NCBI GenBank assembly: GCA_963736115.1
Contig: CAVTNR010000004.1
Coordinates: 1 to 44,012, forward strand
Source: an uncultured bacterium
GTDB lineage: Bacteria; Zhuqueibacterota; QNDG01; DTFT01
Direction: 5' to 3'
Length of the DNA stretch: 44,012 nucleotides
Below the pieces are notes generated by a model that was not told where the DNA came from, made no database searches, and worked only from the letters and a program-made list of their open reading frames with translations. This document shows, one piece after another, positions 9,614 to 18,853 of this stretch. Each line of letters opens with the position of its first letter. Position 1 is the stretch's first letter. Position numbers and translations under genes: made by a program.

Positions 9614-10399
9614 TCACTGGTACGTCGAATATGTGAAAATCGAATTCCTCGAAGGCGTGATGGAGCCCAGCGTGTGGTCAATGCCGTAGCAGTATTTCGA
9701 GAAGGGCCTCTGGTGCAGGCCGAACCTCCGGATGAGCGCGATGACCCACTGGGGCACGAGCGGCTCGACCTTGATCTCGAGCAGAACGGGCGATTCCGAG
9801 TGCAGGGTGGTGACGGGGTCGTCATAGAAAACCATGTCCGATTCCCGGTAATCGAGGTCCGTTGAGCCGCGCGCCAGGCGGTAGCAGAGACTGCGGTCGA
9901 ACGTGATGCGGCCGTACGATTCGAGCGTGAAGACGTAGGGTTCTCGGAAATAACGGACGTGCAATACGGGGTTCGCGCCGGTCCAGTGCAGGATATCCTC
10001 GAAACGGTCGAGCCGCTCCAGGATCTCGGGCTCGCGCCGCTCGGCCGGCGCGACCTCGAACAGACCGGGGAAATGGTCGACCGGCAGCCGGTACCGCTTC
10101 TTCCAGATCACGCTTCCCTGGCGGTACTTGATCTCGGGCCATATCCATTCGCCGGCCTTCACGCCGTAATAACGCGCCCTGGCCTTGTAGCGCATGGGCT
10201 TGCGAAACTTGGTATCGTAGTAGAACTTGAGGGAAGGCGTATCGAAATACAGATTGTTCACGGTGTAGCCCGGCTCGCCGCAGTGCACGTGCCGGTCCAG
10301 TCCGACCATCGGCGCGATGTACTCCTTGATCGCCGCGGCCACGTCTTCGGTGATCGCGTACTTCAGCTCGTATCTCCGGATATCAACGAGATCCTTCAA
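9614..10399 (-). CDS. VTC-domain (polyphosphate polymerase-like, CYTH/TTM tunnel fold) protein
   Basis: Motifs RRYELKY, NLYFDT, KARARYY, EIKYR, YFREPY, RITFD, LLEIK, FSKYC. Start reassigned to TTG at 10399 behind GGAGG, because the ORF-track extension overlaps tolC. No signal peptide. Confidence 0.88.
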   Translation of the reverse strand: MKDLVDIRRYELKYAITEDVAAAIKEYIAPMVGLDRHVHCGEPGYTVNNLYFDTPSLKFYYDTKFRKPMRYKARARYYGVKAGEWIWPEIKYRQGSVIWKKRYRLPVDHFPGLFEVAPAERREPEILERLDRFEDILHWTGANPVLHVRYFREPYVFTLESYGRITFDRSLCYRLARGSTDLDYRESDMVFYDDPVTTLHSESPVLLEIKVEPLVPQWVIALIRRFGLHQRPFSKYCYGIDHTLGSITPSRNSIFTYSTYQ

Positions 10400-10421
10400 T
10401 GCGCCTCCGGCGGATGAGCAG

Positions 10422-11741
10422 TCACTGCGCCTGGGGCAGGCTGTCCACGCCCATGGCAAAGAGGAGCTCGGACAGGGCATAGTCCAGGTCCCGCCGCTTC
10501 CCGGCCAGTTCCCGCCTGGCGTCGATGACGTCCAACTCCAGCTCGAGCATTTCATCGGAACGGACGGTTTCGTATCCCGGCGCCAGACGGAGGACGTCCT
10601 CGGCCTCCCGGGTATGGGTGTCGGTGGCCGCGCTGAAATTGTCCCAGTCGAGCCGCAGGTCGCGATACAGCTCGTACGCGGCCTGCACCTCTTCTGCGAT
10701 GGATTCGAGAACGCCCTCGACGCGCGCCTCGCGCTTCCGCACGGCCAGGTTGACGGCTTTGATGTTGCCGATGTTCCAGTTGAACAGCGGAACGTCGAAT
10801 CCGGCGCTCACCTCGCCCCAGTCTTTGGGCCGGGTCTTCTCGCGGTGGTAGGAGAACTGGATGTAGTTAAGCTGGGGCAGGAGCTTGAAGCGCTCATAGT
10901 CCCTCTGCTTCCGGGCGAGTGAAATTTCCTGGCGGACCAAAGCCGCTTCGGGACGGTTTTGGGAGGCGACGGCCACGGCTTCGTCCAGACCCGCCGGTGC
11001 CCCGGGCGGGACCGGGCTCTCCTGAACGGCCACGTCCTGGGAAAGGCCCGTCCGCATGGCCAGGTGCCGCCTGGCCGCGGCCTGCTTCTGCACGGCCCTG
11101 GCCAGGTCGTTCCGAGCCTCGGTCCGCATCGACTTGGCTTTCATGTAGTACACGACAGACCGGTCTCCCGTCTGCAGCAGGTTCTCGATCATCCCGATCC
11201 TGCGGTCGAGCAGGCTCACCTGTTTCTCCGCGAGCGCGGCCAGCTTGTCCGCCGCGATGACGTCCGCGAAGTCGCGGCGCACCCGGCCGGTCAGCTCCTG
11301 CTCGTACCGTATTTTCTCCAGCTCAATTTCCACGAGGTCGGTCCTGGCTTTCTCCCTGTCCTCGGTCAGTTCTCCGAGATCCGGAATCCGCACCCGCAGG
11401 GCCGCGCGCATTTCGTCGAAATCGTCGTCGTAACTCTGCCGGGTCACGTTGCTGATGCGGATTTCGGGGTTTTCGGGCTTTCCGGCGGAGGCGAGCCTGT
11501 GTCGCGAGATCTCCACGTTCGCGGTCAGGGACTGGAGCCTCCGGCTCCGTGCCAGGGTTTTCGCGATAACGGTGTCCTCGGTGACATACGCGCCGGACCG
11601 GGCAACGGCGAAGATGCGGCCCGACACGGCCGTGTCCGCGGGCTCCGCGGCGGAAATACGGACCGGGAAGGCGGCCAGAGCCAGGCAGACCACAGCGGCC
11701 GCTGGACGCAGACGGGATGACGTTTGTGGATGCCGCCTCAT
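10422..11741 (-). CDS. TolC-family outer-membrane efflux protein
   Basis: Signal peptide; long helical repeats; AVAVASQNRPE, LLPQL, AGFDVPLFNWNIGNI and terminal LFAMG patterns; adjacent to a HlyD-like gene. Confidence 0.8.
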   Translation of the reverse strand: MRRHPQTSSRLRPAAAVVCLALAAFPVRISAAEPADTAVSGRIFAVARSGAYVTEDTVIAKTLARSRRLQSLTANVEISRHRLASAGKPENPEIRISNVTRQSYDDDFDEMRAALRVRIPDLGELTEDREKARTDLVEIELEKIRYEQELTGRVRRDFADVIAADKLAALAEKQVSLLDRRIGMIENLLQTGDRSVVYYMKAKSMRTEARNDLARAVQKQAAARRHLAMRTGLSQDVAVQESPVPPGAPAGLDEAVAVASQNRPEAALVRQEISLARKQRDYERFKLLPQLNYIQFSYHREKTRPKDWGEVSAGFDVPLFNWNIGNIKAVNLAVRKREARVEGVLESIAEEVQAAYELYRDLRLDWDNFSAATDTHTREAEDVLRLAPGYETVRSDEMLELELDVIDARRELAGKRRDLDYALSELLFAMGVDSLPQAQ

Positions 11742-12778
11742 CCGCCCTCCGGGGATATATGCACGTTCACCACCTCGCCCGGAAGCAGGGCGTGGCTGGA
11801 ATCGAGTGCGACGCGGACTTTGCGGGCCCAGAACAACTGGCCCCGGAACGAAAGACGCTCAGGCGCGCGCGAGATTCCGGGGGCCGTGAATATCACGGTT
11901 CCCCGCGAGTCGTATTTACGGCCCCGCTGAGATGAGATGCGGACCGACACGCCGGAATCCGGCCGGATGGACGTTTTCTCCGGCAGGTAGACGGTCATAT
12001 AGGCCGGCCTTCTCTCCTCCACCGTGATGAGTGAGTCGAAATCCTCGACCACATCCCCGGGCCTCGCATTGATGTCGGTCACCACGCCGTCGATCGGGGA
12101 CACCAGAGACCGCATGCGGATCTGGCTCTCCAGGAGCAATCTTCCGCGCCGAGACTCCTCGGGATGCGCCGGACGCTTCCCGGGCACGGATCCCGACAGG
12201 CTGTCCAGTGCCGCGGGCTTCAGCATCTGAACAGCCCTGCGAAGCCCGGACGCCTCCCTTGACAGCCGCTCCTTCTCGCCGTGCTGGATCCGCATATAGG
12301 CTTCGAGTCCGTCCCTCTGGAGGATGAGGCCGTGCAGGTCCCGGCTGGAGCCGAGACCTGCCTTTTCCGCGTTCTGGAACCGCTCGATCTGACTGTTGAG
12401 CGTGGCCAGCTGAACCTCACTGGACTCGAGAGTCGCGACCCGGTCCATGAGATCCGCGGCCTCATTTTCGAGCTGGAACCTCAGCCTCTGCATCTCCACC
12501 GCGGGAAGGCCTTCGGTCAGGTCGGACACATCCAGCACGGCTATGACCTGGTCCTTGCGTACGGAATCGCCGACTTCGACCATGAGCGCGGCGATCCGGC
12601 CCGGCTCCTGCGGTCCGAGGTAATGGGCCCTGCGCTCCACGATGCCGATGACGTTCCGGCCGACAAACCACCGGAAGGCCAGGCCCGCGACGGCCAGCAA
12701 TGCGGCCAGCCACAGGAGATTGTATGCGTGGCGGCGGAGCTGAAGCCGGATTTTCCCGGAGTTCACGGCCGGCCTCAT
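11738..12778 (-). CDS. HlyD-family periplasmic adaptor (membrane fusion protein)
   Basis: N-terminal TM anchor; split lipoyl motifs GRIAALMVEVGDSVRKDQVIAVLD and SPIDGVVTDINARPGDVV around a coiled coil; C-terminal LLPGEVVNV. Confidence 0.85.
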   Translation of the reverse strand: MRPAVNSGKIRLQLRRHAYNLLWLAALLAVAGLAFRWFVGRNVIGIVERRAHYLGPQEPGRIAALMVEVGDSVRKDQVIAVLDVSDLTEGLPAVEMQRLRFQLENEAADLMDRVATLESSEVQLATLNSQIERFQNAEKAGLGSSRDLHGLILQRDGLEAYMRIQHGEKERLSREASGLRRAVQMLKPAALDSLSGSVPGKRPAHPEESRRGRLLLESQIRMRSLVSPIDGVVTDINARPGDVVEDFDSLITVEERRPAYMTVYLPEKTSIRPDSGVSVRISSQRGRKYDSRGTVIFTAPGISRAPERLSFRGQLFWARKVRVALDSSHALLPGEVVNVHISPEGG

Positions 12779-13452
12779 ACTTCCACCGTCGCTTCCTGAT
12801 TGATGTAGGTCAGCCCCCGGATGTCCCTGACCTTACGCAGTTCCGCGATCAGGCTCTCCTGGTCACCGGGATTCGCCAGCCGCACCTGGTAGGAATAATC
12901 GAAGGCCTGGCCCTGGGCCACGTCGCGCAGGGTAACCAGGACGAAATGCTTCGTCCCGGAACGCAGGATTTGGGTCACTTTTTCCGCCGCGTCCGGATGG
13001 GCCGGAAGCTGAAAGCGCAGGAGCCCGTCGTGCTTCCGCCTCGCGCCGAAAGGCGACACGTTCAGGGCCGTTGCGACGAGGCAGAACACCGCGGAGCCCG
13101 TGACGGCCGTGGCATAGCTCTGCACGCCGCAGCTCACGCCGACGCCCAGGGACGCGAATATGAAGACCAGGTCCCGGGGCTCGCGCAGGTTGGTGCGGAA
13201 GCGGATGATGGCCAGGGACCCGACAATGCCGATGCCCCGGGCGATGTTGTCGCCGATCGAGATCATCAGGAGACAGGTGACGATGCTGCCGAGAATCATG
13301 CTCTGCACTAGTCCGCGCGAGTATGACAGGCCCTGGTAAGTCTTCTCGTACAGGAGCGCGATGCAAGTGGTCAAAAGAAAGGTCAGCAGGAAGGAGAGGA
13401 GCGCGACCTGCCATTCGATCTGTTCGAATCCGTAACTGAGAAGTGTCTGCAT
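12775..13452 (-). CDS. DUF4956-family inner-membrane protein (MgtC-like TM bundle plus small C-terminal domain)
   Basis: Signature IGDNIARGIGIVGSLAIIRFRTNLREPRDLVFIF; several hydrophobic helices; family typically found beside VTC-domain genes. Confidence 0.88.
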   Translation of the reverse strand: MQTLLSYGFEQIEWQVALLSFLLTFLLTTCIALLYEKTYQGLSYSRGLVQSMILGSIVTCLLMISIGDNIARGIGIVGSLAIIRFRTNLREPRDLVFIFASLGVGVSCGVQSYATAVTGSAVFCLVATALNVSPFGARRKHDGLLRFQLPAHPDAAEKVTQILRSGTKHFVLVTLRDVAQGQAFDYSYQVRLANPGDQESLIAELRKVRDIRGLTYINQEATVEV

Positions 13453-13586
13453 TCAGTGTTCCTCGATCCAGTTGCGTCCGCCGGCCGGTCCGGAACCGGC
13501 CGAATCCCGGCGCCTTTGGCGCCGGGTATCAGCCTATAATATAGTAAGAAATCCGCCGGTTTCCATACGGGATGGTCCGTTCGTAC

Positions 13587-13615
13587 AAAATATTACATCC
13601 GCGTTCATTGTGCAA
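13587..13615 (-). promoter_or_regulatory. Putative sigma70 promoter of the DUF4956-HlyD-TolC-VTC operon
   Basis: Minus strand TTGCAC-17 nt-TATTTT. The leader contains a perfect 9-bp hairpin CCCGGCGCC-TTT-GGCGCCGGG at 13506-13526. Confidence 0.45.
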
Positions 13616-13684
13616 ACCGGGTGCCCGGTGCGTGGTCTCCGCCCTTCCAATCGATGACGGGGCGGAAGGGGGTTCTTTGGCCCA

Positions 13685-14662
13685 TCAGGGCGACTCCCGT
13701 TCATCCGGCCGCGGCCATTCGAATACGTGGACTTCCGATCTTTCCCGGTCGAGCACGAAAATCCGGCCGTCCCTGTATACGGCATCCACGGGTACGCCAA
13801 ATCCGCCGTCCGGCACGATTTCACGGCCGAACGAGCCGGCCGCCGCCCATTTGCGGAACCAGTGAACGCGCTTGTTCCCGGAATCGCAGACGAACAGGAT
13901 GCCGCCGTCCGGCGTCTCGGCCATGCCGGCAGGCCGGTCGAGTGTTTCTTCGCCGAACGCGAAGAGATAATTGCCGTACGTGTCGAAAACGACTACCCGT
14001 CCCTCCTCCGCGTCGGTCGCCAGTACGCGGCCGGATCCGGTCACATGGATGCGCTCCGGCGATCCCAGGCGGCCCTCCCCGGAATCGACGCCGCCGAAAG
14101 CGATCTGCGGCGTCCCCCCGGGGCCGAGCTTGAGGATGCGGCGATTCTCCCCATCCAGGCAGAACAGCTCGGACTGCGGCGTGAAGAATACATCGAGCGG
14201 AAAATCAAAGGCCAGGGACTCAGCCCATCCGGAGGAGGCGCGCAGGGTGGAGATGTAATGCAGATCCTTGTCGTACCGCTCGATGCGGCCGTTGTCGACA
14301 TCCGCCACGAACACATCGAGCCCGTTTCCCGCCCACACGGAAACAGGGTCGTTGAAGCGCTCGCGTCCCCATCCGAAACCGCCGATGGCGGCCAGCAAGT
14401 TTCCGGCCCCGTCGAATTTCTGGATACGGTGGTTCCCCGTATCCGCAACATAGAGGTTACCGGATGGATCGGCGGAAAGAGCCCGCGGTCCGTCCATACG
14501 GCCCGGTTCCTGTCCGGGACCTCCGAACCGGCCGATATGCCGGGGCGGAAATCCGTCCCCCGGCTCCCGGCCGAAGACCGCGGCCGCGATCAGAGCCGGC
14601 AGAAGCAAGCCGAGGTAAAGACCGGCCGGTTTGCGACGATTGCCGATTTCACGTATCCGCAT
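13685..14662 (-). CDS. NHL-repeat beta-propeller protein, exported
   Basis: Repeats such as GPRALSADPSGNLYVADTGNHRIQKFD and DPVSVWAGNGLDVFVADVDNGRIERYD; hydrophobic N-terminal segment; start taken at MRIREIG. Confidence 0.85.
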   Translation of the reverse strand: MRIREIGNRRKPAGLYLGLLLPALIAAAVFGREPGDGFPPRHIGRFGGPGQEPGRMDGPRALSADPSGNLYVADTGNHRIQKFDGAGNLLAAIGGFGWGRERFNDPVSVWAGNGLDVFVADVDNGRIERYDKDLHYISTLRASSGWAESLAFDFPLDVFFTPQSELFCLDGENRRILKLGPGGTPQIAFGGVDSGEGRLGSPERIHVTGSGRVLATDAEEGRVVVFDTYGNYLFAFGEETLDRPAGMAETPDGGILFVCDSGNKRVHWFRKWAAAGSFGREIVPDGGFGVPVDAVYRDGRIFVLDRERSEVHVFEWPRPDERESP

Positions 14663-14688
14663 GGGTGATTCCCCGGCTTGAAGTGACT

Positions 14689-16461
14689 TCATTCCAGCGG
14701 CCGCCATCCGGTCCGGGATAACTCCTCGTCCGTCAGTTCCGGCAGGATGTCGTCCGTCGTGCCAGGCCGGCCGTCCGGACCGGCGGACAGCAGTGTGTAG
14801 GTTTCTCCGGACGGATCCAACCTGTAAAAAAACGGAACAGCCGCTCCAGCTTCTCCTCCGCTTGCCGGATCCAGGAATTGGATCAGGGTGTCGCCCCCGG
14901 CCGCAAGCATGGGGAGGGATTCAGGGTAAACGCTCGTCCGCTCCCGGTACGCCTCAGCCGCGTGGACTAAACCGCTGAGACGCATACGCGTTTCAGCGGT
15001 CGTCGATTCCCTGGACGATTTTAAAGCCGCCGGTTTCGGTTCGAAACGACTGATAAAGGCTGAGGTCGAGATCAGCCCGCCTAGGACGGCCAGGGCGATG
15101 ATGCGGCCGCCGCCGGAGCGCCTTCTCGTCCAGCCGTAGAATACGGCGGCGGACGATACGATCGGCCCGATAACCGGGATAAACGAAGCAATCGCCAGAG
15201 CGTATCCGGGCCAGCCGATGGACTGATGGATTTTCTGCTCTCGGTCGAAGGCCAGGCGCTCGGCCGCGATCATGGATTCGATGCGGAAACGCTGAATGTC
15301 CGGGTCTTCCTGCGGAAGTTCGGCCTTCGGACGGCCGCTTGCGGCGGGCTGCGACTGTGCCTGTTGCGGAACCGCATTCCCACCGGCATGGTTCAGGGGA
15401 TCCGCGGGGATCATGGGTTCCAGTTCCGCAACGCCCCCGGCTTTGAGAAAAGCCTCCTGGTATCGGAGAGCCGTATTCCGGTCCACTCCGGATTTGACGC
15501 TCACGGGCCGGCCGGAGAAAAGCGCGTCCGCCCGGCGGCTGTCCAGCCTGAAAGCGGCGGTCAGGGCGGCTTTCACATGTTCGTGATTCTTTCCTTCTGC
15601 TACCGTGCCGTTGAAAACCACGCGATACAGCCTGCCGTCTCCGGTATCCGTTTCCGACCGGGCGGCCGGAACCGAGGCCCCGCGGTTTTCATGCTGCAGA
15701 CCGGAACTTGAACCGGCCCTCCTTCCCTCGGGTTCCCGCGGATTCCCGGAGGAGAGCCCGCGGGTCCTCAGCGGGATGCCGTAACCGCGTTCCGTTTTCC
15801 CGATGTTCCACCACAGGACATGGAGCGGCCACAGCGGGCCCGAAGAACGGATGGAACGGACCAGATCGGACTCCCTGTCCGTCCAGGCCGCCAGCCAGCC
15901 GGAATTGTCCGCGTCCGCGGCATGCTTTCCGCTTTCCGACAGGAGCCTGACGCCTTCGAGGTGTTCAGCGATGAGTTCCAGGGGATCGTCCGTCCTGACC
16001 AGGAGCAGCCGTCTTCGGAACGGCCTTGGTTCATGCCGGGTCCGGCTGTCCGTCGTCGTGGTCAAGTCTCCCCCATCATCGAGAAAAGTGGCGCATTCGA
16101 AGGAGACTTTGTTTTCTCGCTGCCTGACGCAGAAGAGCATGGACCCGTCCGGTTTCCGGAAGACGCGCATCCGGTTTTCCGGAAGAGTCGGCCGAGTGAA
16201 ATCGCCGATTCGCTGCAAACCGGCTCCTTCCGCGAGATCGGACGTGAGACTGAACCCTGGAGAATCCGGCCGCCCCGGAGCGGAAGCGTCCCGCTGCCAG
16301 GAGGGTCTCGCCGAAACATTATGCCGTGTCACGAGGCCGGCAATCAGCAGTATGTATAATGGAAGACAGACGAATACGGAAACCGGCCACGGAATTCTCA
16401 GCGTGAACACGAGGGAAATGAATGCGGCCGCGGATAACGCAGCCAGCGCTCCGGCTTTCAT
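14689..16461 (-). CDS. Multidomain membrane protein ending in a type II secretion GspG-like C-terminal domain
   Basis: Start reassigned to MKAGALAA (16461). N-terminal TMs; internal YRVVFNG...ADALFSGRPVSVKSGVD...LKAGG domain; TM pair; C-terminal YPESL...DP...FYRL...YTLLSAGPDGRPGTTDDI. Confidence 0.65.
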   Translation of the reverse strand: MKAGALAALSAAAFISLVFTLRIPWPVSVFVCLPLYILLIAGLVTRHNVSARPSWQRDASAPGRPDSPGFSLTSDLAEGAGLQRIGDFTRPTLPENRMRVFRKPDGSMLFCVRQRENKVSFECATFLDDGGDLTTTTDSRTRHEPRPFRRRLLLVRTDDPLELIAEHLEGVRLLSESGKHAADADNSGWLAAWTDRESDLVRSIRSSGPLWPLHVLWWNIGKTERGYGIPLRTRGLSSGNPREPEGRRAGSSSGLQHENRGASVPAARSETDTGDGRLYRVVFNGTVAEGKNHEHVKAALTAAFRLDSRRADALFSGRPVSVKSGVDRNTALRYQEAFLKAGGVAELEPMIPADPLNHAGGNAVPQQAQSQPAASGRPKAELPQEDPDIQRFRIESMIAAERLAFDREQKIHQSIGWPGYALAIASFIPVIGPIVSSAAVFYGWTRRRSGGGRIIALAVLGGLISTSAFISRFEPKPAALKSSRESTTAETRMRLSGLVHAAEAYRERTSVYPESLPMLAAGGDTLIQFLDPASGGEAGAAVPFFYRLDPSGETYTLLSAGPDGRPGTTDDILPELTDEELSRTGWRPLE

Positions 16462-16605
16462 GTCTCTTCCGGCGAGTAAATGACCCCGCTGCAAGCAGCG
16501 GAGGTTTACAGGAAAATAGGATGATGGGCACTGCCCGCTGCGCGGGACCAAGCTATTATAAACCTTCTGGTTGAAGGCAAGCGGCGCTGTATCGGACTCG
16601 TCGGA

Positions 16606-16674
16606 GCTGTCAGAAGCCCGCATCAACCGACGTTTAAGTGTAATATTTTAATTGGTCAGCGGGCTTCTGACAGC
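16606..16674. repeat. 16-bp perfect inverted repeat with AT-rich 37-nt spacer
   Basis: GCTGTCAGAAGCCCGC (16606-16621) and GCGGGCTTCTGACAGC (16659-16674). Confidence 0.8.
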
Positions 16675-16704
16675 CCGATTGGAACAGAATGCGTAACTTC
16701 GGAA

Positions 16705-16733
16705 AAAATAGGTATTTTTGGGGGGAATGTCAA
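16705..16733 (-). promoter_or_regulatory. Sigma70 promoter overlapping the trpG stop codon
   Basis: Minus strand TTGACA-17 nt-TATTTT. Confidence 0.6.
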
Positions 16734-17293
16734 GACAGATTTAGGAAATTGGAGAGAATGCGCTTTCCTTCGGATGTCAGTATCGATTCCGGATGAAATT
16801 GCAGGCCTTCGACCGGATCTTCCTTGTGACGGATTCCCATGATGGTCCCATCGTCGGTCCACGCCGTCACCTCGAGACAGTCCGGCAGGCTGGCTCGGTC
16901 CACCACCAGGGAATGATAGCGCGTGGCATCGAAGGTCTTCTCCAGGTTGCGGAAAACCGTCCGGCCGTCATGCCGGATGGCCGATACCTTGCCGTGCACG
17001 GGCACGGCCCGGATCACGCGGCCGCCGAACGCCTCTGCGATGGACTGATGCCCCAGGCATACGCCGAGCACGGGACATCGGCCCTTCATCGCAGTGACGA
17101 GCGGAACCGAAATGCCGGCATCAGCCGGTATTCCGGGTCCGGGCGAGATCACCACGGCCTCAGGACCAAGCGCCACAACGTCGGCCACGCTCACCTCATC
17201 GTTGCGGCGCACTTCGAGCCTGCGGCCGGTCTCGCCGATCAATTGGACCAGATTATAGGTAAACGAGTCGTAGTTGTCGAGAATGAAAACCAT
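16730..17293 (-). CDS. trpG: Anthranilate synthase component II (glutamine amidotransferase)
   Basis: ILDNYDSFTYNL, ISPGPG, GVCLGHQ, RYHSL, QFHPES; located in the trp operon. Confidence 0.93.
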   Translation of the reverse strand: MVFILDNYDSFTYNLVQLIGETGRRLEVRRNDEVSVADVVALGPEAVVISPGPGIPADAGISVPLVTAMKGRCPVLGVCLGHQSIAEAFGGRVIRAVPVHGKVSAIRHDGRTVFRNLEKTFDATRYHSLVVDRASLPDCLEVTAWTDDGTIMGIRHKEDPVEGLQFHPESILTSEGKRILSNFLNLS

Positions 17294-17314
17294 GAATCCC
17301 TCCGTTTCGGGCTC

Positions 17315-18853
17315 TCAGCCCTCGGCCGTTCCTGATGCCGTTTCCGCCGACGTTCCCGCCGCCGTGACCGCCTGGAAAAGCGCGCGTGCCTTGTTCAACG
17401 TTTCCTGGTATTCCTTCGCCGGGTCCGAGTCCGCGACGATTCCCGCGCCGGCCTGCAGACTGCCCTCGGCGCCCCGGAGCACGAGCGTCCGGATGGCAAT
17501 GCACATGTCCATGTTGCCGCCGAAGTCGAAATAACCGATCGAGCCGCCGTACACGCCCCGCCGTTCCGGTTCGAGTTCGTCGATGATCTCCATGGCCCGG
17601 ACCTTGGGCGCGCCGGACACCGTGCCCGCCGGAAAGCACGCCGAAAAGCAGTCGAACGCGTCCTTGTCCGGCCGGAGCCGGCCTGTGACATGCGATACGA
17701 GGTGCATGACCCTGGAGTAGCGCTCGACCGTAAAGAGCTCCGAGGCCCGGACGGAGCCGAAGCGGCAGACCCGGCCGATGTCGTTGCGCGCGAGGTCCAC
17801 GAGCATGACATGTTCCGCGCGTTCCTTCTCGTCCGCCTTCAGTTCCGCCTCGAGGCGGAGATCCTCCTCTTCCGTGCGGCCCCTGCGGCGCGTGCCCGCG
17901 AGCGGCCGGATGGAAACCCGGCCCGCCTCGGCTTTGACGAGAATTTCAGGCGAAGACCCGAGAATGCGAAGGTCCTCGAGGGCCAGGTAATACATATACG
18001 GAGACGGATTGGCCAGCCGGAGCGCCTCGTACATCTTCAGCGGATCCGTGCGCACCGGAAAAGTGAAACGCTGGGACAGCACCACCTGAAAGGCGTCTCC
18101 GGCGAGTATGTACTCCTTCGCCCGGCGGACGGCCGCCTCGAACTCCGGCCGGGTCATATGGGAACGGAACGAATCCGGTCCGGACTCGTCATCCGGTTGA
18201 CAGGAAAGAGCAAGGACGGCTGCATCCGGATCAGGACCGGGATCTGAAGCGCTTTCCGTAACCGGCAAGTCTCCCAGTGAATTACACAGGTCCGTGAGTT
18301 CGAGAAGCCGGTTCTCGGACGGATCGTCCGAATGGATCACGATGTCCACGGTTTTCTCGAGATGATCGAATACCAGAACCTCCTCGGGGAACATGAAAAA
18401 AAACTCGGGTACTGCCGTAGGGTCTGGGTTGGAGTCCGGAATGCGTTCGAACCGGCGTATGGCGTCATACGACACAAAACCGACCGCGCCGCCGGAGAAA
18501 GGCCTCACCGAGGCGTCCATGCGGGCTTCGTTCACCAGGCGGCGCAGGACCTCAAGCGGGTGGCCTTCTATCCGGTGCGTGATCCAGTCCGGATCCGTGG
18601 CTCCCGGTTCCGGACCGGCGGACCGGGCCGGCCGGACGCGGACCTGGATGTCCTGTCCCGAGGCCTTGAACACAGCATAGGGTTTTCCGCCGAGAAACGA
18701 GTACCGTCCCCGCTTGCCGTCGCTCTCGAGGGACTCGTAGAGAAAGCCGAACGTTTCAGCCGCGTACAGGGCTTCGAAAGCAGACACCGGCGGCCATAAG
18801 GCCGGTATCCTGCGGTGGTGCACGATTCGGCGGGACAGGAGAGGATCGTTCAC
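17315..18853 (-). CDS. trpE: Anthranilate synthase component I
   Basis: GDAFQVVLSQR, NPSPYM, SSPE, PLAGTR (not the PIKGT of PabB), EHVMLVDLARND, SGAPKVRAM, QAGAGIVADS. Confidence 0.93.
   Translation of the reverse strand: MNDPLLSRRIVHHRRIPALWPPVSAFEALYAAETFGFLYESLESDGKRGRYSFLGGKPYAVFKASGQDIQVRVRPARSAGPEPGATDPDWITHRIEGHPLEVLRRLVNEARMDASVRPFSGGAVGFVSYDAIRRFERIPDSNPDPTAVPEFFFMFPEEVLVFDHLEKTVDIVIHSDDPSENRLLELTDLCNSLGDLPVTESASDPGPDPDAAVLALSCQPDDESGPDSFRSHMTRPEFEAAVRRAKEYILAGDAFQVVLSQRFTFPVRTDPLKMYEALRLANPSPYMYYLALEDLRILGSSPEILVKAEAGRVSIRPLAGTRRRGRTEEEDLRLEAELKADEKERAEHVMLVDLARNDIGRVCRFGSVRASELFTVERYSRVMHLVSHVTGRLRPDKDAFDCFSACFPAGTVSGAPKVRAMEIIDELEPERRGVYGGSIGYFDFGGNMDMCIAIRTLVLRGAEGSLQAGAGIVADSDPAKEYQETLNKARALFQAVTAAGTSAETASGTAEG

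Noticed and set aside
10400-10555. N-terminal extensions in the ORF track (VTC gene; likewise 16462-16626, 22484-22519, 37433-37474, 38535-38618)
   Set aside because: They overlap upstream genes or regulatory DNA; downstream starts match family N-termini or signal peptides, and some have clear RBSs.
16500-16700. 6S RNA or a known riboswitch
   Set aside because: I could not identify a long closing stem with central bubble or any aptamer consensus by eye; kept only as an unexplained inverted repeat.
17315-18853. PabB rather than TrpE; Pro/Asp-rich loop insertions as mobile elements
   Set aside because: PLAGTR and operon context support TrpE; the loops fall in variable regions and I found no convincing repeat structure.
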